This document shows, piece after piece, positions 12,404-23,800 of a stretch of DNA of 64,000 nucleotides (its first letter is position 1; each line of letters begins with the position of its first letter). Location: NCBI GenBank assembly GCA_002269645.1, contig NIVC01002996.1:62820-126819 (forward strand). The letters are read 5' to 3'. The DNA is from Macrostomum lignano. Lineage: Eukaryota. The position numbers were made by a program, and so were the translations under genes. The notes under the pieces are model-generated. The model was given only the letters and a program-made list of their open reading frames with translations. It was not told the DNA's origin and searched no databases.

Positions 12404-13059
12404 TGCGTGCACACTTGTGTCGAGAAAAAGCGAACTCATGAATCGCAACTGAAAAATCTGTTGTCTGAGAAGCTGACCGCACAGCTGTAGCTTCATGCCA
12501 GCAGCTCCACACGGCAGCGGCGGGGCTGGCCGCGCTGGTGCAGACAGAAACTAAAAAATTCAGAATATCTTTGAAGCCCGAGCTTTCAATTTCAGTGAAG
12601 TCCCGGCCAATATTGAATTACCGGACAAGTTCGTTACCAACCTGAGGGTCTAATGTCATTATTGGCCTCGGGCTCTAATTCTGCACTCAAGCTCAACCGT
12701 AATTCAATAAGAGCAAGTTGGCATGAATCGCCCCCAGCTGACTACGGAGCGGAGGCCAAACACGGCCGTGGCGTGCAGGAATTAAATCAAATAGGACACT
12801 TGAGGCCGATGGCGATCCCAGTGAGCCCCAGGATTTCAGCTTTCGAGAGCTGCTGCAATCTATTTTAACAAATCGACTATTTTATTACTAGATTAGTTCC
12901 ACTTTGTAATTGGATGACCAGGAGCCGAGGGGAAGCGGATTTATCAACGCCAAGGGATCATGGGACAAAATTTCGTGATGAAAAGTTTTCATCAGACCAA
13001 ATTAATATTTTTCGTTTATTGTGTAAACAATGCAGTTCTCCGACTTCCCAAATCCCAAA

Positions 13060-13540
13060 AAATTATGGGATCTCACTGATGTCAAAGGATTGTGGGATTT
13101 CCCTGGTCTCAAAAGATTATGGGATTCTCCGATCCCAAAGGATCATAGAGTTTCCCCAATCTCAAAGGATTATGGGATTTCCCCAATCCCAAAGGACTAT
13201 GGGATTTCCCCAATCCCAAAGGATTATGGGATTTCCCCAATCCCAAAGGATTATGGGATTTCCCCAATCCCAAATGGGATTTCCCCAATCCCAAATGAGA
13301 TTTCCCCAATCCCAAAGGATTATGGGACGTCCCTAATGCCAAAGGATTATGGGATGTTCCTAATACCAAAGGATTATGGGATTCACCGATCTCAAAGGAT
13401 TATGGGATTCACCGATCTCATAGGATTATGGGGTTTCACTAATCCCAAAGGATTATGGGATTTCCCCAATCCCAAAATATTATGGGATTTCCACAATCCC
13501 AAAGGATTATGGAATTCTCCCATCCTAAATGATTGTGGAA
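13060..13540. repeat. Degenerate 27-bp minisatellite (GGGATTTCCCCAATCCCAAAGGATTAT)
   Basis: Direct reading. The unit contains internally complementary AATCCC/GGGATT. Confidence 0.9.
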
Positions 13541-14139
13541 TTTCCATTATTTCAAAGAATCAGCGCATGTCAAATAAAAAGGCAGCGTTAATGAAATGAG
13601 TCAGTTCCAATTATGGAGAGGTGCAATATACAATCAGTTTACCGGGGCCACAATAGCATTGTATTTTTATAATACCGGCGTGTACTCTAAAACTTTACTG
13701 TTAAACAAAGTGGGCTCACGCAGGGAATCTTTCAGATGTATTTTCTAAAATACTTGAATAAAATACTTGAACAAAATACAAAAAATCTCAGATGAGAAGT
13801 TAAACCCATCGAATTAACTGGATAAAGAGAGAAAGTACGTTTAGTACTTGCACGGAAGGCTGAAAGCTCTGCAACAGAAACACACAAGGACCAGCAGGAT
13901 CGGACGACAATTTGTTGTTTCTTAGAAAAGTTTTGAAGACTCAAGTTGCTAGAGAAATATGCTACAAAAGCCGGACTACGGGCTTGTCCCGTCCATCTAG
14001 GCTCGTAATTCTAGTGGTCCTTGAAAAATACAAGCAGATGTCACTGGCCATTGCTAGCTAAAGAAGCACGAAGCGCGTATGCGCATGCGGGTTACGTTAA
14101 GCTTCTGCTACTGTTAGTAGTGCGCGCAAGAAGTGGACA

Positions 14140-14700
14140 ATATCCATGGATAGGTTAGACACTTGGACATTACTGTTATCCATGGATAGATTAGACACTT
14201 GGACATTACTGGTATCCATGGATAGGTTAGACACTTGGACATTACTTGTATCCATGGATAGGTTAGACACTTGGACATTACTGTTATCCATGGATAGATT
14301 AGACACTTAGACATTACTGGTATCCATGGATAGATTAGACACATGGACATTACTGGTATCCATGGATAGATTAGACACTTGGACATTACTGGTATCCATG
14401 GATAGATTAGACACATGGACATTACTGGTATCCATGGATAGGTTTGAGTAGACACTTTGAAATTGCGGGTATCCATGGACATTTCAGAGATTTGGACATT
14501 ACTGGTATCCATGGACATTTTAGAGACTTGGACATTGCGGGCATCCATGGACAGGTTAGAGTAGACACTTTGAAATTGCGGGTATCCATGGACATTTTAG
14601 AGACTTGGACATTGCGGGCATCCATGGACAGGTTAGACATATAGACATTACCGACTACCGGTATCCAACGAAAGTTTAGACACCAGGACATTATGGACAC
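14140..14700. repeat. 36-bp minisatellite with diverged variants (CCATGGATAGGTTAGACACTTGGACATTACTGGTAT)
   Basis: Direct reading of the tandem units. Confidence 0.9.
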
Positions 14701-14821
14701 ATGGACATCACCAAAATCAGTACATCACGAACGTAAACGCTGCAAACGCCAGCACATTTCTGTTGCCTGGACAAATCGGACAATTCACGGATGTCACGGA
14801 CATTCTGACGCTGCTGCGTCA

Positions 14822-17800
14822 TCACAGCGACGTTTTACGACGCCGGGACTTGGAGAAAGCGAATCCTTCGTTGCCGCCGCCGGTGTCAGCGAAAGTGCCG
14901 CCGCTCCGGTCGCCCTCGATGGCGTCGTCGGCCGAGTTGAGCGCCTCGATGAAGCGGTCCAGCTTCTCCTCGGCCAGGCGCAGGCTGTGGATGTCCTCGG
15001 CCAGCTGGACGCTGCGGCCGCGCAGCGACTCCCGTAGCCGGCCGGGCTCCGCCGCCAGGCCAGTGAGGGCGTCGCCGACGGCCCGCTCAAGTCGGCGCGC
15101 CTCGATGTTGACGGCCTGCTGGCGCAGCGCCGAGCAGGTGGCGTCGAGCATGCGGCCGACCCGGTGGAAATACGGCACCGCGGCGCAGGCGGCGGCGGTG
15201 GGCAGGCGCTGCTGATAGTGGTAGAACATCCTGGCGCACTGGTCGCAGTTGGCCAGCCCGGCCCGCAGAGCCATCTGGCGCCGGACCAGCGGCCAGGCCT
15301 CGCGCAGCTCCTCGTCTGTGACCGCGGCGCCGGCTGCTTCGCCGGTGCTTCTATGGCTGGCGAAGGAGCGCCTGGCGGCAGCGAGGTCGGCGGCCGACAG
15401 ACTCGCAGAAGGAATGCCGGCTGTCAGGGAAGTGGACGGGGAGATTGGAATACTCATAGAGGACAGATTGAATGGGATAACGCAATTAGGAACACAGTTG
15501 CAACTTAAAGGGAATTAGAAAAGTCACAGTGACAGGGGATCAGGACAGTCACAGTGACAGGGGATCAGGACAGTCACAGTGACAGGGGATCAGGACAGTC
15601 ACAGTGACAGGGGATCAGGACAGTCACAGTGACAGGGGATCAGGACAGTCACAGTGACAGGGGATCAGGACAGTCACAGGGGATCAGGACAGTCACAGTG
15701 ACAGGGGATCAGGACAGTCACAGGGGGATCAGGACAGTCACAGGGGGATCAGGACAGTCACAGGGGATCAGGACAGTCACAGGGGATCAGGACAGTCACA
15801 GTGACAGGGGATCAGGACAGTCACAGGGGATTAGGACAGTCACAGTGACAGGGGATCAGGACAGTCACAGGGGGATCAGGACAGTCACAGGGGGATCAGG
15901 ACAGTCCTAGTGACAGGGGATCAGGACAGTCACAGGGGGATCAGGACAGTCACAGGGGATCAGGACAGTCACAGGGGGATCAGGACAGTCACAGGGGATC
16001 AGAACAGTCACAGGGGGATCAGGATAGTCACAGGGGGATCAGGACAGTCACATGGGGATCAGGACAGTCACAGGGGGATCAGGACAGTCACAGGGGGATC
16101 AGGACAGTCACAGGGGATCAGAGCAGTCACGGGGGATCAGAGCAGTCACGGGGGAATCAGGACAGTCACAGGGGATCAGAACAGTCACAGGGGGATCAGG
16201 ACAGTCACAGGGGATCAGGACAGTCACAGGGGGATCAGGACAGTCACAGGGGGATCAGGACAGTCACAGGGGATCAGGACAGTCACATGGGGATCAGGAC
16301 AGTCACATGGGGATCAGGACAGTCACATGGGGATCAGGACAGTCACAGGGGGATCAGGACAGTCACAGGGGGATCAGGACAGTCACAGTGGCAGGGGATC
16401 AGGACAGTCACATGGGGATCAGGACAGTCACATGGGGATCAGGACAGTCACAGGGGGATCAGGACAGTCACAGGGGGATCAAGGACAGTCACAGGGGGAT
16501 CAGGACAGTCACAGTGGCAGGGGATCAGGACAGTCACAGGTAATCTCACCTGAGCCAGCCGTAGTCCGCAGCGCCTGTACCAGCCTACTCAGTCGGTCCT
16601 GCTCAGGCGTGGGCGCCTTCAGCCACTTGGCCCAGCGCTGCCAGCCGGAGGGCCCGCAGACCCGCGCCAGCTCGGCCTCCGTCTCGGCCAGCCGGTGCCG
16701 CAGCGCCTGCCTGAGCAGCGCCACCGCCGAGTCCCAGTCGGCGCGGCCGGGCTCGGCGCCCTGGTCGAGCAGAGCCGCCGACTGCAGCACCCGGAGAGCC
16801 GCCTCGGCCTTGGGATCCAGCGGTGCGCCTGCACGGCCTCGGCTCGCACGGCGGAGCAGAGCGGCTCCAGCACGGGGTCGCCGCCGGCACCTGCGGGCAG
16901 GTCGGCGAACTGCTGGTACAGCACGGAGCGGCCCGCGGCCACGCACTGGCCGGGCAGGTCCGACTCCACCCAGCGGCGCAGGCCGATGTCAAGCCGAGTC
17001 TGCAGCAGCTCCGGCCTGGCCTCTGGCGCTGAATTGGCCGACTCAGCCTCCAGTAGAAGGTCCAGGGCCTGCGACAGCAGCGGACCGGAGAGGCTGTCGC
17101 GAAATGCCGCCTCCCAGCGCTGAGGGAGGGCCGGGTGGTGGAGGACTGCTGAAGTACTTCCGCTTTCACCATGGATAGATGCTGCAATCCGCCCCCTCCC
17201 CGATAGAGGCTGCCATCCGCCCCCGATCGAGGCTGCCATCCGCCCCCGATCGAGGCTGCCATCCGCCCCCGATCGAGGCTGCCATCCGCCCCCGATCGAG
17301 GCTGCCATCCGCCCCCGATCGAGGCTGCCATCCGCCCCCGATAGAGGCTGCCATCCGCCCCCGATCGAGGCTGCCATCCGCCCCCGATCGAGGCTGCCAT
17401 CCGCCCCCCCGATACACAACACCACTCCCTAAACTCAGCCACCCGCCCACCCCACACTCAGCCACCGTTAGCCCACACTCAGCCACCGCCCAGCCCGCAC
17501 TCAGCAACCGCCCCAGCCCGCACTCAGCAACCGCCCCAGCCCGCACTCAGCAACCGCCCCAGCCCGCACTCAGCAACCACCCCAGCCTGCACTCAGCAAC
17601 CGCCCCAGCCCGCACTCAGCAACCGCCCCAGCCCGCACTCAGCAACCACCCCAGCCCGCACTCAGCAACCGCCCCAGCCCGCACTCAGCAACCACCCCAG
17701 CCTGCACTCGGCAACCGCCCCAGCCCATACTCAGCCACCGCCCACCCCGCACTCAGCAACCGCCCAGCCCGCACTCAGCAACCGCCCCAGCCCGTACTCA

Positions 17801-20800
17801 GCAACGGCCCAAGCCCGCACTCAGTAACCGCCCCAGCCTGCACTCGGCAAGCTCAAGTCCCACCTCAGCCGGCAGAGCGCTCAGTGCGATGACCTCATCC
17901 AGCAGGTCCGACCGCGCCTTCTCAAACAGCTCAGCCCTGGAGCACTGCCGCCTGCCGGGGAAGCTGTGCTTCCACTCTGTCTCCAGGTTAAAGCGAAGCG
18001 CCTTCAACGAGTCCGCCTGAGCCTCGACCGACTCCCGCACTAGGGCCCAGAATCGCCTGCTGACGGCGCGGGCCATGTTGGCCGCGGTGACCTGACTGGG
18101 CGAGAGGCGGCCATCTTTGAACAGGCGCGAGCTGGCGAAGTACTCGGCTTCGTGTCGTTCAATTGCTTCAACAGATTCGTCCTGACTGCCCGACCCTGTG
18201 ACCACGGCGAAGTAGCCCAGAGCCTTCAGCGGCAGAAGGCGGCCTGCCAGCAGCTTGGCGACTCGGTCAGGAGACACCTGTGGCAGGATGGGAGAAGAAT
18301 GGGACGGATGGGTGAGGTAAGAGGGCGGATGGGAGAAATTAGGGGGCGGACAGGAGATGTCAGGGGCAGATGGGAGATGTCAGGGGCGGACGGGAGATGT
18401 CAGGGGCAGATGGGAGATGTCAGGGGCGGATGGGAGATGTCAGGGGCGGATGGGAGATGTCAGGGGCGGATGGGAGATGTCAGGGGCGGATGGGAGATGT
18501 CAGGGGCGGATGAGATTTTAGGAGGGGTGGATCGGATTATGGAAGGGATCAGATGGAAGTAAGAGAGGGCGGCTGTGAGCCACACCCAGTGCTAACTGCA
18601 ACCTCACCTTGTCCCTCTCGGCCAAGCCAGTGCTAACTGCAACCTCACCTTGTCCCTCTCGGCCAAGCCAGTGCTAACTGCAACCTCACCTTGTCCCTCT
18701 CGGCCAAGCCAGTGCTAACTGCAGCCTCACCTTGTCCCTCTCGGCCAAGTCCATCTTGGTGAGCACAAATATGGTTCGCCTGCCGGCGGGGTCGTGCTTG
18801 GCCACCAGGTCGAAGGCGTTGGACCGTTCCGGGTCGACGCAGGCGTCGGCCACGCACAGGATGATGGCGTTAGGGTTGCGCATGTACTGGCGGGCCAGCT
18901 GGCGGATGGACTCGCGGGTCTGCGCGGCCATGCCGGCCGTCTCGGTGCTGATGATGCCGGGCAGGTCCACCAGCACCATGCGGGGCAGGCCGGGGCCCTG
19001 CACCGACAGCGGGATCGCCTCAGTGGAGACAGCGGCATCCGGGCCGGACGAGCGGACAGCGGCGCGCATTCGGCGCTCGATGGCGTCGCGCAGGGCGGCC
19101 AGCTCGGACTCTTTGGTCAGGTCGAACTCTCTAGGGAGGGTGTGGATGGGTCATAGTGGGTCAGGTCATACCGGAGCCTGCTGGGTCATAGTGGGTCAGG
19201 TCATACCGGACCGTGCTGGGTCATAGTGGGTCAGGTCATACCGGAGCCTGCTGGGTCATAGTGGGTCAGGTCATACCGAAACTGCTGGGTCATAGTGGGT
19301 TAGGGTTATACCGGACCGTGCTTGGTCATAAAGGGATTGGGTAGGGGTCATAGAGGGTCAGGTCATACGAGACCGGCATGGGGTCATAGTGGGTCAGGTC
19401 ATACCAGACCGGCATGGGGTCATAGTGGGTCAGGTCATACCAGACCGGCATGGGGTCATAGTGGGTCAGGTCATACCAGACCGGCATGGGGTCATAGCGG
19501 GTCAGGTCATACCAGACCGACATAGGGTCATAGTGGGTCAGGTCATACCAGACCGGCATGGGGTCATAGCGGGTCAGGTCATACCAGACCGGCACGGGGT
19601 CATAGTGAATTAGGTCATAACACATTAAGTTGAAGTCATAAATAATTGGCGTCATAAACCCTAAATTGATGACGTCATGAAGACATTAAGTCCCTTCCAC
19701 ACCTGTCCGGATCGTCCTTGAATCTGGCCACATGGTAGGGCCCGTCAGCCAGGGTCACCTGCACCGGCGCCCGCGTCATCATCTCGCCGGCGCCGCGGGG
19801 AAACAGCCGAGCCCGGGCCACAGCCTCCAGCACGGAGGTCTTGCCGGAGCTCTGGTCGCCGATGACCACCACTCGCGGCAGATGATCGGCGGCAGAGAAT
19901 TTGGCGTCCCGCTCGGACAGGGCGTCCAGCACTTCGCTGTACATGTCGATCAGGGACTTCCGAGCCGACCGGGAGCCGCGGCCGGGGCCGCCCAGCCGCA
20001 GCTCGGCCAGCTGGCGGCGAAGCTCGCGAGCTTCGGCCTCGAGCGAGGCGGCCTCGCGTTGGTAGCGAATCTCCAGCTCCTCCAGCTGCTGGGCGAGCTC
20101 CGTCGGCGCGTCTGCGTCGAGCGCCGCCGCCGAGGACTCGGCGCCTCCGTCGGCTTTGTTGGAGGCGTCTGCGACGAATGCAAGAAAATATTCTGCGTTG
20201 TTTTCACAAAAATTAGCGATAATATCACCAACAGACTACTCATTATACTTAAGTAGCAAATTAAGCTTCGTAATATTTAACTTTTTGAACTTACCCGATG
20301 GACGCTGGACAAGTGACTTTAAACTGGCAACGGAGTTCTTCAACCAGCCCTGCAGAAGACAATTATAGATAAGGAGATTGCGAGTAGTTCATCTGCAATA
20401 ACTATGATTGTAGTGCGCAGAAACCTGCCAGCAAAGAACTTCAGTAGGCCAAACTTGATATTTTGGGTCAAGCTGTGATTATAGTAGGTCAATTAGCTCT
20501 GATTATAGTGGGTCATGCTTTGATTATAGTGGGTCAAGCTCTGGTTATAGTGGGTCAAGCTTTGATTATAGTCAAGCTGTAGTCAAGCTGTGATTATAGT
20601 AGGTCAATTAGCTCTGATTATAGTGGGTCAAGCTTTGATTATAGTAGGTCAATTAGCTCTGATTATAGTGGGTCAAGCTTTGATTATAGTAGGTCAATTA
20701 GCTCTGATTATAGTGGGTCAAGCTTTGATTATAGTAGGTCAACTAGCAATCTTCGCCCCCCGATGGGGGACATCTGGATAGAATCTCTGTTTTCTAAAGT

Positions 20801-23800
20801 AACAAAAAGACAGCCAAAAATCCTTCAAAAAGACAACAGACAAACTGCTCAAATGAAGTGCATTGCAAAAAGAAATCATCCCAAGACTGCAAGCATCCCC
20901 CAGATAGCAAGCATCCCCTAGATAGCAAGCATCCCCAAGATGGCAAGCATCCCCCAGATAGCAAGCATCCCCCAGATTGCAAGCATCCCCCAGATAGCAA
21001 GCATCCCCAAGATAGCAAGCATCCCTCAGATAGCAAGCATCCCCCAGATAGCAAGCATCCCCCAGATAGCAAGCATCCCCCAGAAAGCAAGCATCCCCCA
21101 GATAGCAAGCATCCCCAGATAGCAAGCATCCCCCAGATAGCAAGCATCCCCCAGATAGCAAGCATCCCCCAGATAGCAAGCATCCCCCAGATAGCAAGCA
21201 TCCCCCAGATAGCAAGCATCCCCCAGATAGCAAGCATCCCCCAGATAGCAAGCATCCCCAAGATAGATAGCATCCCCAAATAGCAAGCATCCACCAGACA
21301 ATAAGTAGCTAGTGCGACAATTTCCTTAGCATTATAGCGGCTCCTTTAAAATTCGCTTACTTTTACGTTTGAAATTGTGTATCTTTTTATGTTTAACAGG
21401 GTGGCTCTTTTATGTTCTACGCTCGTACATGGTAACTCTTTTATGTTTGATACGGTGGCTTTTCAATGTCTGACATAGTGGCTCTTCTATGTTTGACATG
21501 GGGGCTCTTCTATGTTTGACATGGGGGCTCTTCTATGTTTGACATGGGGGCTCTTCTATGTTTGACATGGGGGCTCTTCTATGTTTTACAAAGTGGCTTT
21601 TTAATGTTCAAAAAGGTGGCTCTTTTATGTTTGACATGGTGGCTCTTTAATGTTTGACATGGTGGCTCTTTAATGTTTGACATGGTGGCTCTTTAATGTT
21701 AGACAAAGTAGCTCTTTAATGTTTGACATGGTGGCTCTTTAATGTTAGACAAAGTAGCTCTTTAATGTTTGACATGATGGCTCTTTAATGATAGACATGG
21801 TGGCTCTTTAATTTTTGACATGGTGGCTCTTTAATGTTGGACATGGTGGCTCTTTAATGTTAGACATGGTGGCTCTTTAATGTTCGACATAAAGTCACTT
21901 ATATGTTTGACATGATGGCTCTTTTATGTTTAACATGGTGGCTCTTTAATGTTTGACATGGTAGCTCTTTTATGTTCGACATGGTGGCTCTTTAATGTTC
22001 GACATGGTGGCTCTTTTATGTTCGACATGGTGTCGCTTCAATGTTTGACATGGAGTTACGTATATGTTTTACATGGTGGCTCTTTTATGTTCGACGTGGT
22101 GGCTCTTTAATGTTTGACATGGGGTCTCTTCAATGTTTGACATGGAGTTACGTATATGTTTGACATGGTGGCTCTTTAATGTTTTACATGGTGGCACTTT
22201 CATGTTTGACCTGGTGGCTCTTAAATGTTTGACATGGTGGCTCTGTAATGTTTGACATGGTGTCTCTTTAACGTTTGACATAGAGTCATGTATATGTTTG
22301 ACATGGTGGCTCTTAAATGTTTGACATGGTGGCTCTTTAATATTTGACATGGTGGCCCTTTTATGTTCGACATGGTGGCTCTTTAATGTTTGACATGGAG
22401 TCATATATATGTTTGACCTGGTGGCTCTTGTATTTTTAACACGTTGGCTCTTTAATGTTCGACATGGTGGCTCTTAAATGTCTAACATGGAGTCACGTAT
22501 ATGTTTGACATGGAGTCATGTATATGTCTGGTATGGTAGCTCTTTAATGTTTTACATGGAGTCACCTATATGTTTCACATGGTGGCTATTTTATGTTTGA
22601 CATGGTGCTTCTTAAATGTTCGACATGGTGGCTCTTTAATGTTTTACATGGTGGCACTTTCATGTTTGACCTGGTGGCTCTTTAATGTTTGACATGGTGG
22701 CTCTTTAATATTTGACATGGTGGCCCTTTTATGTTCGACATGGTGGCTCTTTAATGTTTGACATGGAGTCATGTATATGTTTGACCTGGTGGCTCTTTAA
22801 TGTTTGACATGGTGGCTCTTTAATGTTTTACATGGTGGCACTTTCATGTTTGACCTGGTGGCTCTTTAATGTTTGACATGGTGGCTCTTTAATATTTGAC
22901 ATGGTGGCCCTTTTATGTTCGACATGGTGGCTCTTTAATGTTTGACATGGAGTCATGTATATGTTTGACCTGGTGGCACTTTCATGTTTGACCTGGTGGC
23001 TCTTTAATGTTTGACATGGTGGCTTTTTAATATTTGACATGGTGGCACTTTCATGTTTGACCTGGTGGGTCTTTAATGTTTGACATGGTACCTCTTTTAT
23101 GTTCGACATGGTGGCTCTTTAATGTTTTACATGGTGGCTCTTTAATGTTTGACATGGTGGCTCTTTAATGTTTGATAAGGTGGCTCTTTAATGTTTGACA
23201 TTGTGGCTCTTTAATATTTGACAAGGTGGCTCTTTAATGTTTAAAATGGTGGCTCTTTAATTTTCGAAATGGTGGCTGTTTTATGTTTGACATGGTGGCT
23301 CTTTAATGTTCGACATGGTGGCTCTTTAATGTTCTTAATGGTGTCTGTTTTATGTTTGACCTGGCGGCTCTTTAATGTTTGACATGGTAACTCTTTTAGG
23401 TTTGAAATGGTGTCTCTTTAATGTTTGCCATTGTGGCTCTTTAATGTTTGACATGGTGGCTTTTTAATGTTCGACATGGTGGCTCTTTTAGGTTTGAAAT
23501 GGTAACTCTTGTATGTTTGATATGGTGGCTCTTTTATGTTCGACATGGTGGCTCTTTAATGTTTGACATTGTGGCTCTTTAATGTTTGAAATGGTGGCTC
23601 TTTAATGTTTCGACATGGTGGCTCTTTAATGTTGAGAATTTTGTGTTTTTTAACGTGTTTTAATAAAAAAAACATTTTTCACCACTAAGATTCGAACCAA
23701 GGTCGCTACATTAGCATTCCAGTCTGTTTGCATCCGGCTATCTCTTTTCAATTGGAGAACATGACTTGTGGCCCTTATAATTCAATACTTATAGCAAGTC

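Noticed and set aside
9427-12496. Long ORFs (up to 370 aa) over the two 21-bp arrays
   Set aside because: They stay open only because the unit is a multiple of 3 and stop-free in several frames on both strands. There are no flanking domains or coherent splice signals.
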